Counted from the first letter of the stretch, positions 20,066-30,122 are shown. The stretch: DNA of 64,000 bases from an uncultured SAR86 cluster bacterium (GCA_902618945.1 CACNCK010000003.1:24252-88251), one strand, 5' to 3'. Notes: a model not told the origin generated them from the sequence alone. Made by a program: numbers and translations.

Positions 20066-21328
20066 TTATTTTTCAGAATGAAAAGTTTCGAAATCAAATT
20101 CATCCTCAGACACTGCAACTACACTTGAAACCATTGCATCTCCTGTAACATTGACAGCAGTTCTCGTCATATCCAACAACCTATCAACTCCGATTATTAA
20201 AGCAATACCTTCAACTGGTAAACCAACCTGTTCAAGAACCATTGCAAGCATAATTAAACCAACTCCGGGAACGCCGGCAGTGCCTATAGATGCTAGAGTT
20301 GCAGTAAGAATAACCATCAAATAATCGATCATAGATAGTTCAATATTGTAAGCTTGAGAAATAAAGACTGTGGCTATACCTTGCATGATAGCTGTTCCAT
20401 CCATATTGATAGTTGCTCCAAGTGGCACCGTAAAAGATCCAATTGATGAGTTCACTCCTATTTTGTTTTTTACTGTATCCAAAGTTATAGGCATTGTTGC
20501 GCTGCTCGAAGAGGTACTGAAAGCAAAAACAGCAAGCGATCTTACTTTCATGAAAAACTTAATAGGATTTAATCGTGCTAAAAGAGTCAATAGACTGCCG
20601 TAAGTAATGAATGCATGGAAGATTAAAACAAAAACAAGTAAAAAGAAGTACTTTGCCAAATCCCCAATCATACCGAATCCTTGAACAGCAAATAGTGAGA
20701 AAAGTAACGCAAAGATTCCATAAGGAGCAAGTTCTATGAGCATCCTTACCAAACTCAAGATGACATCATTTATTAACTCAAAAGCATTCTTCAATGGTTC
20801 TCCTGCAGATCCAAGACTCTTTAAAGCAATTCCAAATAAAAGCGAGAAAACAATAATTTGAAGCATATTTCCTTCTGCCATGGCAGCAATTGGATTTGTC
20901 GGAAAAATATTGATTAAAACCTCCTTTATTGATGGTGCCTCAGTTGAAGCGAAAGTTGTTGGTAAAGCCAGATCAATTCCAATGCCAGGTTGAAATAAAA
21001 GAGCGAAGGAAAGTGCTATCGTTATAGCTATTGCAGTTGTTAATAAATATAGAGATAAAGTTTTTATACTTATAGTGCCTATTCTCGAAGTGGAAGAAAT
21101 TGAAACGACGCCGCAAACAAGAGAGAAAAATACAAGAGGAACAATTACTAATCTTAAAGAGGCTATAAAGATTTGTCCTACAACATCCAATAAACCTTCA
21201 GTGAAAAAATCTATTAAAATTAATTGGCCTAAACTCCCTAATAAACCTGCATCGTTAACAAATTTAAGCAAGATTCCACCGGCCATGGCTAAAAGCATGG
21301 AAAGAATAATTCTAGAAGTTAGAGTCAT
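20066..21328 (-). CDS. Dicarboxylate/amino acid:cation symporter (DAACS, GltP-like)
   Basis: FSTSSSSATMP, PLGATINMDGT, SIGTAGVPG, DRLLDMTRT. Confidence 0.92.
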   Translation of the reverse strand: MTLTSRIILSMLLAMAGGILLKFVNDAGLLGSLGQLILIDFFTEGLLDVVGQIFIASLRLVIVPLVFFSLVCGVVSISSTSRIGTISIKTLSLYLLTTAIAITIALSFALLFQPGIGIDLALPTTFASTEAPSIKEVLINIFPTNPIAAMAEGNMLQIIVFSLLFGIALKSLGSAGEPLKNAFELINDVILSLVRMLIELAPYGIFALLFSLFAVQGFGMIGDLAKYFFLLVFVLIFHAFITYGSLLTLLARLNPIKFFMKVRSLAVFAFSTSSSSATMPITLDTVKNKIGVNSSIGSFTVPLGATINMDGTAIMQGIATVFISQAYNIELSMIDYLMVILTATLASIGTAGVPGVGLIMLAMVLEQVGLPVEGIALIIGVDRLLDMTRTAVNVTGDAMVSSVVAVSEDEFDFETFHSEK

Positions 21329-21331
21329 TAA

Positions 21332-21499
21332 CTAATCTATTTCAACCATCTCAAAATCTTCTTTGCCTACTCCGCAATCAGGACAAATCCAATCTTCGGG
21401 GACATCTTCCCATTTTGTTCCAGGCTCAATGCCATCATCCGGCCAGCCTTCCTCTTCATCATAAATCAGACCACAAACAATGCATTCCCACTTTTTCAA
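21332..21499 (-). CDS. rubA: Rubredoxin (55 aa; below the ORF-track cutoff)
   Basis: Manual translation [55 protein letters not shown]; two CxxCG knuckles; TTG start after AAGGAG. Confidence 0.96.
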   Translation of the reverse strand: MKKWECIVCGLIYDEEEGWPDDGIEPGTKWEDVPEDWICPDCGVGKEDFEMVEID

Positions 21500-21592
21500 A
21501 GCTTACTCCTTTTTCAAAAAAAGATATTCTAACTCAACTTTATTAGCAACTTAGACTAAAGTATCAATCTTCTCGACAAGTATTGTTTGCCG

Positions 21593-22453
21593 ATGTACAA
21601 AACAAGGAAAATTTTAAGCTTTATTAAATTAATGAGAGCAGATAAACCAATTGGTACTGCTCTTCTATTATGGCCTACCCTTAGTGCTTTTTTTATTCTC
21701 ACTAATGGTAATCCAAACTTACTCTTAATATTTTTATTTATGATTGGGACTTTTTTAATGAGATCGGCAGGCTGCGTAATTAATGATTATTTTGATAGAG
21801 ATTTTGATGGCAAAGTAGAAAGGACAAAAAATAGACCAATGATTACCGGTGAAATTAGACCCGGTGAAGCCTTAGGTCTTTTTACTTTACTGATATTACT
21901 TTCTGCTTCTCTACTATTCTTCATGAATCTATTTACCACTTATATGGCTATGGTTGGTCTAGCCCTAGCAACTATCTATCCTTTAAGTAAAAGATTTTTT
22001 TCTATACCTCAGATTTTTCTAGGACTCGCTTTTTCCTGGGGGATAATTATGGTATCTGCAGCTGAAACAAATAATATAAGCAACATTAGCCTCTTGTTAT
22101 TTTTTTCATGTTTTTTCTGGATTATTGCTTATGACACTGCCTATGCACTGTGCGATAAGAGAGATGATTTAAATTTAGGTATAAATTCTTCAGCAATTAC
22201 TTTTGGAAGTATCGTAGTTCCTCTCTTCTTTTTGTTTCATCTTACTTCTATTTTGATATTAGTTTATGCAGCGGTTCTTCTTAATTTACATATTAGTTTT
22301 TACCCTTTCGCACTATTAAGTTTCCTGCTAGCTATTTACCAAACGTATCTTATTAAAGATCAAATAAGTAGCCAGTGCCTTAAAGCTTTCAAAAATAATA
22401 ATTGGCTAGGGCTTTCTTTCTTTCTAGGTTCCATTTTGGGTGTTTCACTATGA
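21593..22453 (+). CDS. ubiA: 4-hydroxybenzoate polyprenyltransferase
   Basis: MRADKPIGTALLLWP, MRSAGCVINDYFDRDFD, YDTAYA-x-DKRDD; exact start uncertain. Confidence 0.95.
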   Translation: MYKTRKILSFIKLMRADKPIGTALLLWPTLSAFFILTNGNPNLLLIFLFMIGTFLMRSAGCVINDYFDRDFDGKVERTKNRPMITGEIRPGEALGLFTLLILLSASLLFFMNLFTTYMAMVGLALATIYPLSKRFFSIPQIFLGLAFSWGIIMVSAAETNNISNISLLLFFSCFFWIIAYDTAYALCDKRDDLNLGINSSAITFGSIVVPLFFLFHLTSILILVYAAVLLNLHISFYPFALLSFLLAIYQTYLIKDQISSQCLKAFKNNNWLGLSFFLGSILGVSL

Positions 22454-23613
22454 AGATAGATTTCATAGATTCAATAGAAAAGATTAATAAAGAAGACTGG
22501 GACGCTGTTTTAAATAGCAAATATCCTTTCTTGAAATATGAATTCTTGAAAGCTCTAGAAGTAACAAATTGTGCGTCTCCAGAGCAAGGATGGACTCCGT
22601 TTCATTTGATTGCTTCAGAAAACGGAAGAATTATAGCCATTATGCCTTTATATATAAAAACAGATTCACAAGGAGAATTCATTTTTGATTGGTCATGGGC
22701 CGATGCCTATTACAGAAATGGACTCAACTACTATCCAAAGCTAGTAAGTTCGATACCTTTTACTCCTGCAAGTGGTCCTAGAATACTCATTACCGATGAA
22801 ACAAGAAGCAGGGAAATTATCGAAGAAATATCCAGAGCTCTGAAGCAAATCACTGAAGAAAGTGATTTCTCAGGTGTACATATTCTTTTGGCCGATAAAA
22901 GTGAAATTAGAGATTTCTCGCAAGAAGATTTTAGCTTAAGAACAAGTTACTCGTTTCATTGGTTTAATAATCACTACCTCAATTTTGAAAATTTTCTACA
23001 AGATATGACTTCACGGCAAAGGAAAAATATTAAGAAAGAAAGAAAGAAGATTAATGATCAAGGCATTACAGTAGCGAGAATACACGGCAGTGCAATCACT
23101 ATAGAAATGCTTGAGACTTTTTATCAGTTCTATCAAGTCACCTACTTAAAAAGAGGAATGCGCGGATATTTAAATTTTGAATTTTTCAAAAAAATTGTAG
23201 CTTCCATTCCAGAGACTATTATGTTGGTGCTTGCCAAAAACAATTCAGGAGAATATGTGGCAGGTGCTTTAAACTTCTTTGATGATGAAAAACTTTATGG
23301 CCGTTACTGGGGATGTCTACAAGAATACGATTCTCTTCATTTTGAAACATGTTATTACCAAGGAATTGAGTTCTGCATTGAAGAAAAACTTAAGTCTTTC
23401 GATCCAGGTGTTCAAGGTGAACACAAAATTAAAAGAGGCTTCTGCCCCATTGAAACTTTCTCTCTTCATTGGATAAAGGATTCAAGATTTAAAGAAGCCA
23501 TCGATGATTTTTTAGATAAAGAAAGAGAGCATATTCTAGAATATAACCAAGATCGAAGAGCTCTATTGCCCTTCAAAAAAGAAGTAACTATCGATTTATA
23601 TGACAAAATTTAA
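22450..23613 (+). CDS. FemAB-like GNAT protein (DUF482 family)
   Basis: SQGEFIFDWSWADAY, YYPKL, PFTP, LYGRYWG, LHFETCYYQGIE, QGEHKIKRGF; ATGA overlap with ubiA. Confidence 0.9.
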   Translation: MKIDFIDSIEKINKEDWDAVLNSKYPFLKYEFLKALEVTNCASPEQGWTPFHLIASENGRIIAIMPLYIKTDSQGEFIFDWSWADAYYRNGLNYYPKLVSSIPFTPASGPRILITDETRSREIIEEISRALKQITEESDFSGVHILLADKSEIRDFSQEDFSLRTSYSFHWFNNHYLNFENFLQDMTSRQRKNIKKERKKINDQGITVARIHGSAITIEMLETFYQFYQVTYLKRGMRGYLNFEFFKKIVASIPETIMLVLAKNNSGEYVAGALNFFDDEKLYGRYWGCLQEYDSLHFETCYYQGIEFCIEEKLKSFDPGVQGEHKIKRGFCPIETFSLHWIKDSRFKEAIDDFLDKEREHILEYNQDRRALLPFKKEVTIDLYDKI

Positions 23614-24226
23614 ATTGCTCAATGAAGAAACCTTAAAAGAAGGTTTTGATTTCCTAGCAAAAAAAGAGCCAGGTTTTAAGAAAGTACTTGAAGAAAAAAA
23701 TTATAAAATAAACCCCTTCAGTAAAAAAGATGGTTTTGAAGGACTGGTAAGTTTGATTGTTGAACAGCAACTCTCGGTTGCTTCCGCACAAGCTATCTTT
23801 GGAAGAATGAAAACATTAGTAGAGCCCTTTACTCCAGAGAAGTTTCTATCTGTAAATCCCGTGAAATTTAAAGAGGCAGGATTAAGCAAACAAAAAATAG
23901 ATTATTGTTCCGGTCTAGCTAAAAAAATTATTGATAATGAATTAGATCTAAGAGCTCTCAAAAACAAAGAAGATTCACAGGTAATTAAGGAACTAATTGA
24001 AATTAGAGGAATTGGAGAATGGACTGCCCAATGCTATTTAATGGCATGCTTAAAAAGGCTTGATGCTTGGCCTTATTCTGATTTAGGATTAATTGTTGCC
24101 GCCCAAAGAATGAAAGGGCTCAAAGATAGACCTGACTATTTGACAATGGAAAAAATATCTGAGCCTTGGTCTCCCTTCAGAAGTTTAGCTGCGTTAATAT
24201 TATGGTCTACTTATGATAAAGAATAA
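23600..24226 (+). CDS. DNA-3-methyladenine glycosylase II (AlkA/HhH-GPD family, catalytic domain only)
   Basis: IVEQQLSVASA, IRGIGEWTA, WPYSDLGL, WSPFRSLAA. Confidence 0.88.
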   Translation: MTKFKLLNEETLKEGFDFLAKKEPGFKKVLEEKNYKINPFSKKDGFEGLVSLIVEQQLSVASAQAIFGRMKTLVEPFTPEKFLSVNPVKFKEAGLSKQKIDYCSGLAKKIIDNELDLRALKNKEDSQVIKELIEIRGIGEWTAQCYLMACLKRLDAWPYSDLGLIVAAQRMKGLKDRPDYLTMEKISEPWSPFRSLAALILWSTYDKE

Positions 24227-24668
24227 GATTAACAAATATAAGCATAGCAAGAGAGGTTTAAATCAACTTTTTCGCTTATATGAAAGGAATTATTTAAAAC
24301 TCGCTCACTTCTTCCCTATTGCAGATCATGAAAAAAGTATGGTCTATATGATTCCTGAAGGTGCATTAAATAAAGAAATAAAAATTTCCTGTAAAAAGCT
24401 ATCCAGTCATACATCAGTGATAAACATCTATAAATCTAAGTCTCTATCTTTATTAAAAAACATAGAAATTGAAATATATATCTACCATGATGCAAAAATG
24501 GCTGAGGTTAGAAAATTTAATGGTAAGAGGCAGTTCTGGTTAAGAAATAAATATCCTAATAAAAATATGCTCAGTAAAGATGAAAAATTCCAATGGAATT
24601 TCTTCTTGGAAGAGTTCTTAACTCATACAAAAACACACGGATTGAGCATTCTAAAGGACGCACTATAA
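24213..24668 (+). CDS. DUF1249 (YqiB-like) protein
   Basis: LYERNY, YHDAKMAEV, YPN, DEKFQWNFFLEEFL. Confidence 0.82.
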   Translation: MIKNKINKYKHSKRGLNQLFRLYERNYLKLAHFFPIADHEKSMVYMIPEGALNKEIKISCKKLSSHTSVINIYKSKSLSLLKNIEIEIYIYHDAKMAEVRKFNGKRQFWLRNKYPNKNMLSKDEKFQWNFFLEEFLTHTKTHGLSILKDAL

Positions 24669-24736
24669 AGGTGCTTCTGCACATTTTAAGAACTTTTCAA
24701 TAGAATTTAATATACTTTTTGCACAAAAATTGTTCT
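24659..24736. promoter_or_regulatory. Putative NtrC-binding sites upstream of glutamine synthetase
   Basis: GCAC-N7-GTGC at 24660-24674 (cGCACtataaagGTGCt); degenerate copies GCAC-N7-GAAC at 24679-24693 and GCAC-N7-GTTC at 24721-24735; NtrC consensus TGCAC-N7-GTGCA. Confidence 0.7.
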
Positions 24737-24793
24737 TTTATGCTTTTTGACGTGCTAATATTCGTCGGCTTTTAATTAAGAATGGAGAAATTA

Positions 24794-25765
24794 ATGACAA
24801 AATATGAATATATATGGCTCGACGGTTATGAGCCTGAAGCTAACTTGAGAAGTAAAGTTAAAGTAACAGATGGAGAGCCGCCTGCGTGGTCTTTTGATGG
24901 TTCCTCTACTTTACAAGCAGAAGGAGGAAGTTCCGACTGTATACTTTTACCAGTTCAACAATACGAGAATCCTACAAATGAGGGTTCCTTGGTTCTGTGT
25001 GAAGTTGAAACTGGCGAACATGAAACTCACCCTTCAAACTTCAGAGCTGCAGCAGCTTCTGTTGTTACTGATGAATGGTGGTTTGGATTTGAACAAGAAT
25101 ATTTCTTAACTAACCCTGACGGAACAATACTCGGTTGGGAAGATGGCACTCCTAGTAGGCCACAAGGAGAATACTACTGTGCAGTTGGAGCGGCAAATGT
25201 CAAAGGAAGAGAAATAAGTGATGCGCATTTAGATGCTTGCCTAGATGCTGGTATTGAGCTAACCGGAACAAATGCCGAGGTTGCTTTAGGCCAATGGGAA
25301 TATCAATGCTTTGGAAAAGGAATTAAAGCTGCTGATGATCTCTGGATGAGCAGATATATACTCTTTAAAGTTGCTGAGGAGTTCGGTGTATCAGTAAACA
25401 TCCATCCTAAACCAAAAACAGGTGATTGGAATGGATCAGGAATGCATACTAACTTTTCTAATGAAGAGATGAGGACTTCGGGTAGCGAAGATCTATTTAG
25501 CTCTATGTGTGATAAGTTAGGCGAAGTTCACAAAGAAGGCATAGCGCTATATGGATCTGACAATGATATGCGTCTAACAGGACTACACGAAACTCAAAGC
25601 ATAGATCAGTTCTCTTACGGAGTTAGTGATAGAGGAGCTAGTATCAGGATTCCTATTTACACTGTAGAACACGATTGGAATGGATACTTAGAAGACAGAA
25701 GGCCTGCCTCTAATGCAGATCCTTACAAAATTGTAGCTCATATAGTTGGCACATTAACTTCATAA
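24794..25765 (+). CDS. glnII: Glutamine synthetase type II
   Basis: 323 aa; EYIWLDG, WSFDGSST, WFGFEQEY, NAEVALGQWEYQ, DWNGSGMHTNFS, RLTGLHET, DRGASIRIP, YLEDRRPASNADPY; GGAG RBS. Confidence 0.93.
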   Translation: MTKYEYIWLDGYEPEANLRSKVKVTDGEPPAWSFDGSSTLQAEGGSSDCILLPVQQYENPTNEGSLVLCEVETGEHETHPSNFRAAAASVVTDEWWFGFEQEYFLTNPDGTILGWEDGTPSRPQGEYYCAVGAANVKGREISDAHLDACLDAGIELTGTNAEVALGQWEYQCFGKGIKAADDLWMSRYILFKVAEEFGVSVNIHPKPKTGDWNGSGMHTNFSNEEMRTSGSEDLFSSMCDKLGEVHKEGIALYGSDNDMRLTGLHETQSIDQFSYGVSDRGASIRIPIYTVEHDWNGYLEDRRPASNADPYKIVAHIVGTLTS

Positions 25766-25778
25766 GTTCTTAAATTTA

Positions 25779-25811
25779 ATATCCGGAGACCAGCTCTCCG
25801 GATATACTTTT
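25779..25811 (+). terminator. Hairpin between glnII and ntrB (intrinsic terminator/attenuator)
   Basis: Perfect 11-bp stem ATATCCGGAGA-ccagc-TCTCCGGATAT followed by ACTTTT. Confidence 0.7.
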
Positions 25812-25814
25812 AGA

Positions 25815-26900
25815 GTGAATATATCTTTTCTCTCAGAGCTCAGCACTGGCATTGTCATTCTTGACAATAGTCTCGAGATAATTTTTATCAACTCCTCTGC
25901 CCTATCAATACTGGATACAACAGAAAAGAACTCGATAGGCAACACCATTGACCAAATTTTTTATGAAGAACCTGAAAGCATTAATGATTTTGTTGGTGCT
26001 TTAGAACTCAATAGAAATTTTACCAAAACAGATACCGTTCTTAATCTGAAGAAAGGAAAAAAGGTTTTTTGTACTTATATAGTCCACTCAATAGAAAACA
26101 ATAATGAAATAGGCCTAATGCTTGAAATAATAGATAAAGAAAGTTCTTCTGAATTAATCGAAAGGTACAGAATGAAAACAAATCAACAGATATCTCAAGA
26201 TTTCGTTAGAGGCCTAGCACATGAAATAAAAAATCCTTTAAGTGGCATTAGAGGTTCTGCTCAGCTTCTCAGTAACAAACTGGATAATCAAAATTTGCAT
26301 GAATACACGGACATAATAATAAATCAGACGGATAGACTGACTTCTCTTGTGGATAATATTTTGGGACCGAATAAAAAACCAGATTTTCAGTTTCAAAATA
26401 TTCACTATCCTATAGAAAATGTTCTTAACCTTGTAGATAATGAGTCTGGATATAAAGATATCAAGATAGTTAAAGATTTTGATCCCAGCATTCCAGATCT
26501 ATTTATTGATAGTTATTTGATCGAAAATAGCATACTCAATCTTACAAAGAATGCACGAGATGCACTCATTGACTCAAACACATCCAATCCTGAAATAAAA
26601 ATTGTAACAAGGATTTCTCACGGAGAAATGATTGACGGCCAAAAAAATGCAATGGTTTGCAAGATATCGATAATCGATAATGGACCAGGTATTCATGAGG
26701 AGATTAAAGACTCTATATTCTTTCCAATGATAACAGGCAAAGACAAAGGGACAGGACTGGGACTTTCTATTACACAAGGGATCATTTCTCAACATAAGGG
26801 CAATATACACTTTACAAGTGAGCCTAACAGAACAGAATTTTTTATTAATATTCCAGTAAATATTCAAAAGGATATAGACTTAAAAACTAGCAATGGATAA
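25815..26900 (+). CDS. ntrB: Nitrogen regulation sensor kinase NtrB
   Basis: PAS region, GLAHEIKNPLSGIRGSAQLL, DFDPSIP, DNGPG, GTGLGL. Confidence 0.95.
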   Translation: MNISFLSELSTGIVILDNSLEIIFINSSALSILDTTEKNSIGNTIDQIFYEEPESINDFVGALELNRNFTKTDTVLNLKKGKKVFCTYIVHSIENNNEIGLMLEIIDKESSSELIERYRMKTNQQISQDFVRGLAHEIKNPLSGIRGSAQLLSNKLDNQNLHEYTDIIINQTDRLTSLVDNILGPNKKPDFQFQNIHYPIENVLNLVDNESGYKDIKIVKDFDPSIPDLFIDSYLIENSILNLTKNARDALIDSNTSNPEIKIVTRISHGEMIDGQKNAMVCKISIIDNGPGIHEEIKDSIFFPMITGKDKGTGLGLSITQGIISQHKGNIHFTSEPNRTEFFINIPVNIQKDIDLKTSNG

Positions 26901-28272
26901 AAATGTTTGGGTAGTCGACGATGATGAATCAATCAGATGGGTTCTTGAAAAGGGTCTTTCTGATGGAGGAATGGAGGTGCAAACTTTTGATTCAGCTAAT
27001 AAGGTAATTAAGAAACTTGAAACGGAAAATCCGCATCTCATACTTACAGACATTAGAATGCCCGGCCCTAGTGGAATAGACCTACTCGATAAAGTAAAAG
27101 AACTTCGACCAGACATCCCAGTAATTATCATGACTGCTCATTCGGATCTAGACAGTGCTGTTGAATCTTATGAACATGGTGCGTGGGAATATTTACCTAA
27201 ACCTTTTGATATTGAGGAAGCACTATCAATGGTTAAAAGGGCTACATCAGCTGATGAGATTAATAAGGAGGAACCAACAGAAACTCAGGCTGAGGTTATT
27301 GGAGAAGCGCCTGCGATGCAAGAAGTCTTTAGGGCTATTGGTAAGTTATCAAATTCAAATTCTACTGTTTTGCTTAATGGCGAATCTGGTACTGGAAAAG
27401 AGCTCGTTGCCAGAGCCCTTTATCAGCATAGTCCTAGAAAAGATAAAACATTCATTGCCTTAAATATGGCAGATATTCCAAAGGAACTTCTAGAGGCCGA
27501 ACTCTTCGGGCATGAGAAAGGTGCTTTTACTGGTGCAGATGAAAGAAGAATCGGAAGATTTGAACAGGCAGATGGTGGTACCTTATTTTTAGACGAAATT
27601 GGAGATATGCAACTTGAAACTCAAACTAGACTTCTGAGAGTACTTTCTAATGGAGAATTTTATAGGGTTGGTGGCAGGGAGCCGATAAAAGTTGATGTCA
27701 GGATCATTACGGCCACGCACCAAAATATCGAAGATTTAGTTAAGGCTGGAAATTTTAGAGAAGACCTTTTCCATAGACTTAATGTAATTAAACTATCCTT
27801 ACCTAAATTGAATGAGAGAAAAGAAGATATTCCAACTTTAGTAAAACATTTCTTCCAGAAATCTTCTGATGAACTTGCTGAAGAGAAAAAATACCTTTCT
27901 GCAGAAGTAGAAGATTATTTCATGACTCTTTCTTGGCCAGGTAATGTCAGGCAATTGGAAAATACTTGTAGATGGCTCACAGTCATGTCTCCAACTAGAG
28001 AAGTAAAATTGGAAGATTTACCCGATGATCTTAAAGTAGAAAATATAGAAAATATGAATGACTGGACTAAGGTCTTACAGTCTTGGTCAGAGAATTATTT
28101 AGCAAAAGGTAATAATAATTTACTCGAAGAAGCCATACCAGACTTTGAAAGAACCATTATTAAAGTCGCGCTCAATAAAACTATGGGAAGAAAAAAAGAA
28201 GCTGCGGAATTACTCGGTTGGGGAAGGAATACTTTGACTAGAAAAATTAAAGAGCTTGGCTTAGATAATTAA
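26893..28272 (+). CDS. ntrC: Nitrogen regulation response regulator NtrC
   Basis: Receiver VVDDD/DIRMP, GESGTGKE, GAFTGA, LDEIGD, HTH AAELLGWGRNTLTRKIKEL. Confidence 0.96.
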   Translation: MDKNVWVVDDDESIRWVLEKGLSDGGMEVQTFDSANKVIKKLETENPHLILTDIRMPGPSGIDLLDKVKELRPDIPVIIMTAHSDLDSAVESYEHGAWEYLPKPFDIEEALSMVKRATSADEINKEEPTETQAEVIGEAPAMQEVFRAIGKLSNSNSTVLLNGESGTGKELVARALYQHSPRKDKTFIALNMADIPKELLEAELFGHEKGAFTGADERRIGRFEQADGGTLFLDEIGDMQLETQTRLLRVLSNGEFYRVGGREPIKVDVRIITATHQNIEDLVKAGNFREDLFHRLNVIKLSLPKLNERKEDIPTLVKHFFQKSSDELAEEKKYLSAEVEDYFMTLSWPGNVRQLENTCRWLTVMSPTREVKLEDLPDDLKVENIENMNDWTKVLQSWSENYLAKGNNNLLEEAIPDFERTIIKVALNKTMGRKKEAAELLGWGRNTLTRKIKELGLDN

Positions 28273-28692
28273 TTATTTTGCTTTTACAAGGGGCATGCCA
28301 CTTTGTGTCCAGTTCATGATCCCACCAGAAAGAACATTTACGTTTATATAGCCCTGCTTTTTTAACTCTCCTGAGACTTTGGAAGAAACTGTACCATTTT
28401 TACAAATTAGAATGATGCAATCTTCTTCGCCGGCCTTAAAGAGTGCATCTTCTTTTACAAGATTACTAGGTTGAATATTCATAGCACCAGCTACGGTACC
28501 TGCTCCAAACTCAGCAGAGCTCCTTAGATCATAAATAAAAGGATTTTCCTTATTGATCAGCCTTGTCATCTCTGAATTATCTACTTTATTACCACCTTTT
28601 CTTCTTTCATAAAAAATCAAAGCGAATATGAGTGTTAATAGGACTAAGACAGCCAAAAAATTGTCACTGATAAATACTAGGAATTTATTCAT
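28273..28692 (-). CDS. Rhodanese-like membrane protein (YibN-like)
   Basis: N-terminal TM helix, DLRSSAEF, ICKNG, LSGGIMNW...MPLV. Confidence 0.85.
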   Translation of the reverse strand: MNKFLVFISDNFLAVLVLLTLIFALIFYERRKGGNKVDNSEMTRLINKENPFIYDLRSSAEFGAGTVAGAMNIQPSNLVKEDALFKAGEEDCIILICKNGTVSSKVSGELKKQGYINVNVLSGGIMNWTQSGMPLVKAK

Positions 28693-28750
28693 GTAGGGAC
28701 AGGATTATATAGATTACTAAGTTAAAATATAAAAAACTTTTAATAAAAAT

Positions 28751-29356
28751 ATGAATTCAAAACTTGTTCTGGTCAGACACGGTCAAAGTGAATGGAATGC
28801 AAAAAATCTATTTACAGGTTGGAAAGATCCTAAATTAACTGATCTAGGAATTCAGGAGGCAATAAGAGCTGGAGAGCTATTGGAAACTAGAAATCTAAAT
28901 TTCGATCTTATGTTCACTTCAGATCTATTTAGAGCTCAAGAAACCGGTCGCTTGATTCTAGAACAGATAAACCAAAAAGATATAGAAATAATTCAAGATC
29001 AATCTCTTAATGAAAGAAATTATGGAGACCTAGCAGGACTAAATAAAGATGAAGCGAGAGAGAAGTGGGGAGAAGAGCAAGTCCATATTTGGAGACGATC
29101 TTTCGATGTCCCTCCGCCAGGCGGAGAGAGTCTAAAAAATACTGCCGAGAGAGTGCTTCCCTACTTTGAACGCGAAATCATGCCAAAGGTTAAGAAAAGT
29201 TTAAATATCTTAGTTGCAGCTCATGGAAATTCTTTGAGGGCTTTGGTGATGCATTTAGAGAATATTAGTTCAGAGGAGATTGTGAAATTAGAAATAGCTA
29301 CTGGCGATCCTTTAATTTATGAATATTCGAATGGAGACTTTGTTAGGGTTGATTAA
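28751..29356 (+). CDS. gpmA: 2,3-bisphosphoglycerate-dependent phosphoglycerate mutase
   Basis: [36 protein letters not shown]. Confidence 0.95.
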   Translation: MNSKLVLVRHGQSEWNAKNLFTGWKDPKLTDLGIQEAIRAGELLETRNLNFDLMFTSDLFRAQETGRLILEQINQKDIEIIQDQSLNERNYGDLAGLNKDEAREKWGEEQVHIWRRSFDVPPPGGESLKNTAERVLPYFEREIMPKVKKSLNILVAAHGNSLRALVMHLENISSEEIVKLEIATGDPLIYEYSNGDFVRVD

Positions 29357-30120
29357 AATCTAACAGTAATACCGGAAGCCTTCATAGCCTCTTTGGCTTC
29401 TTTAATGGAGAACTCTGAAAAATGAAAGATACTTGCTGCTAAAACTGCTTCAGCTCCTCCAATTTTTACTCCATCTATTAAATGATCAAGATTTCCCACT
29501 CCACCAGAGGCTATAACAGGAATAGATATTCCTGAAGAGACTTTAGAAACCAAGTTATTATCGAAACCTTCTTTTGTTCCGTCTCTGTCCATACTGGTAA
29601 GTAGAATTTCACCTGCTCCGTATTCAGTAACTTGTTCGGTCCACTCTAAAACATCTATACCAGTTCTATTCCTGCCTCCGTAAGTGACAACTTCCCATGT
29701 ATTGTCTTTATCTGTCTTGGCTTTAGCATCAACAGCAACAACAATACATTGTGATCCGAATTTATCAGCCGCTTCCTGCACGAAGCCAGGATTCTCTACT
29801 GCTGAAGTATTTATGCTTACCTTATCTGCACCAGATCTTAAAAGTTTCTTAATATCTTCTATCTTCCTTACTCCACCTCCAACGGTAAGAGGGATAAAAA
29901 CCTGGCTCGCTATACTTTCTACAGTCTTATAAGTCGTGTCTCTAGTCTCGTGACTGGCAGTAATATCTAACATGGTGATTTCATCAGCTCCTTCGGTATC
30001 ATATCGTTTTGCAATCTCGACTGGATCACCAGCATCACGGATATTTAAGAAATTTACTCCCTTCACTACTCTACCCTTATCTACATCAAGACAAGGAATA
30101 ATGCGCTTTGCAACTGACAT
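29353..30120 (-). CDS. hisF: Imidazole glycerol phosphate synthase, cyclase subunit
   Basis: [31 protein letters not shown]. Confidence 0.97.
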   Translation of the reverse strand: MSVAKRIIPCLDVDKGRVVKGVNFLNIRDAGDPVEIAKRYDTEGADEITMLDITASHETRDTTYKTVESIASQVFIPLTVGGGVRKIEDIKKLLRSGADKVSINTSAVENPGFVQEAADKFGSQCIVVAVDAKAKTDKDNTWEVVTYGGRNRTGIDVLEWTEQVTEYGAGEILLTSMDRDGTKEGFDNNLVSKVSSGISIPVIASGGVGNLDHLIDGVKIGGAEAVLAASIFHFSEFSIKEAKEAMKASGITVRF

Positions 30121-30122
30121 AG

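Noticed and set aside
24719-24735. Sigma54 -24/-12 promoter for GS
   Set aside because: Both invariant GG and GC dinucleotides are missing; fits an NtrC box better
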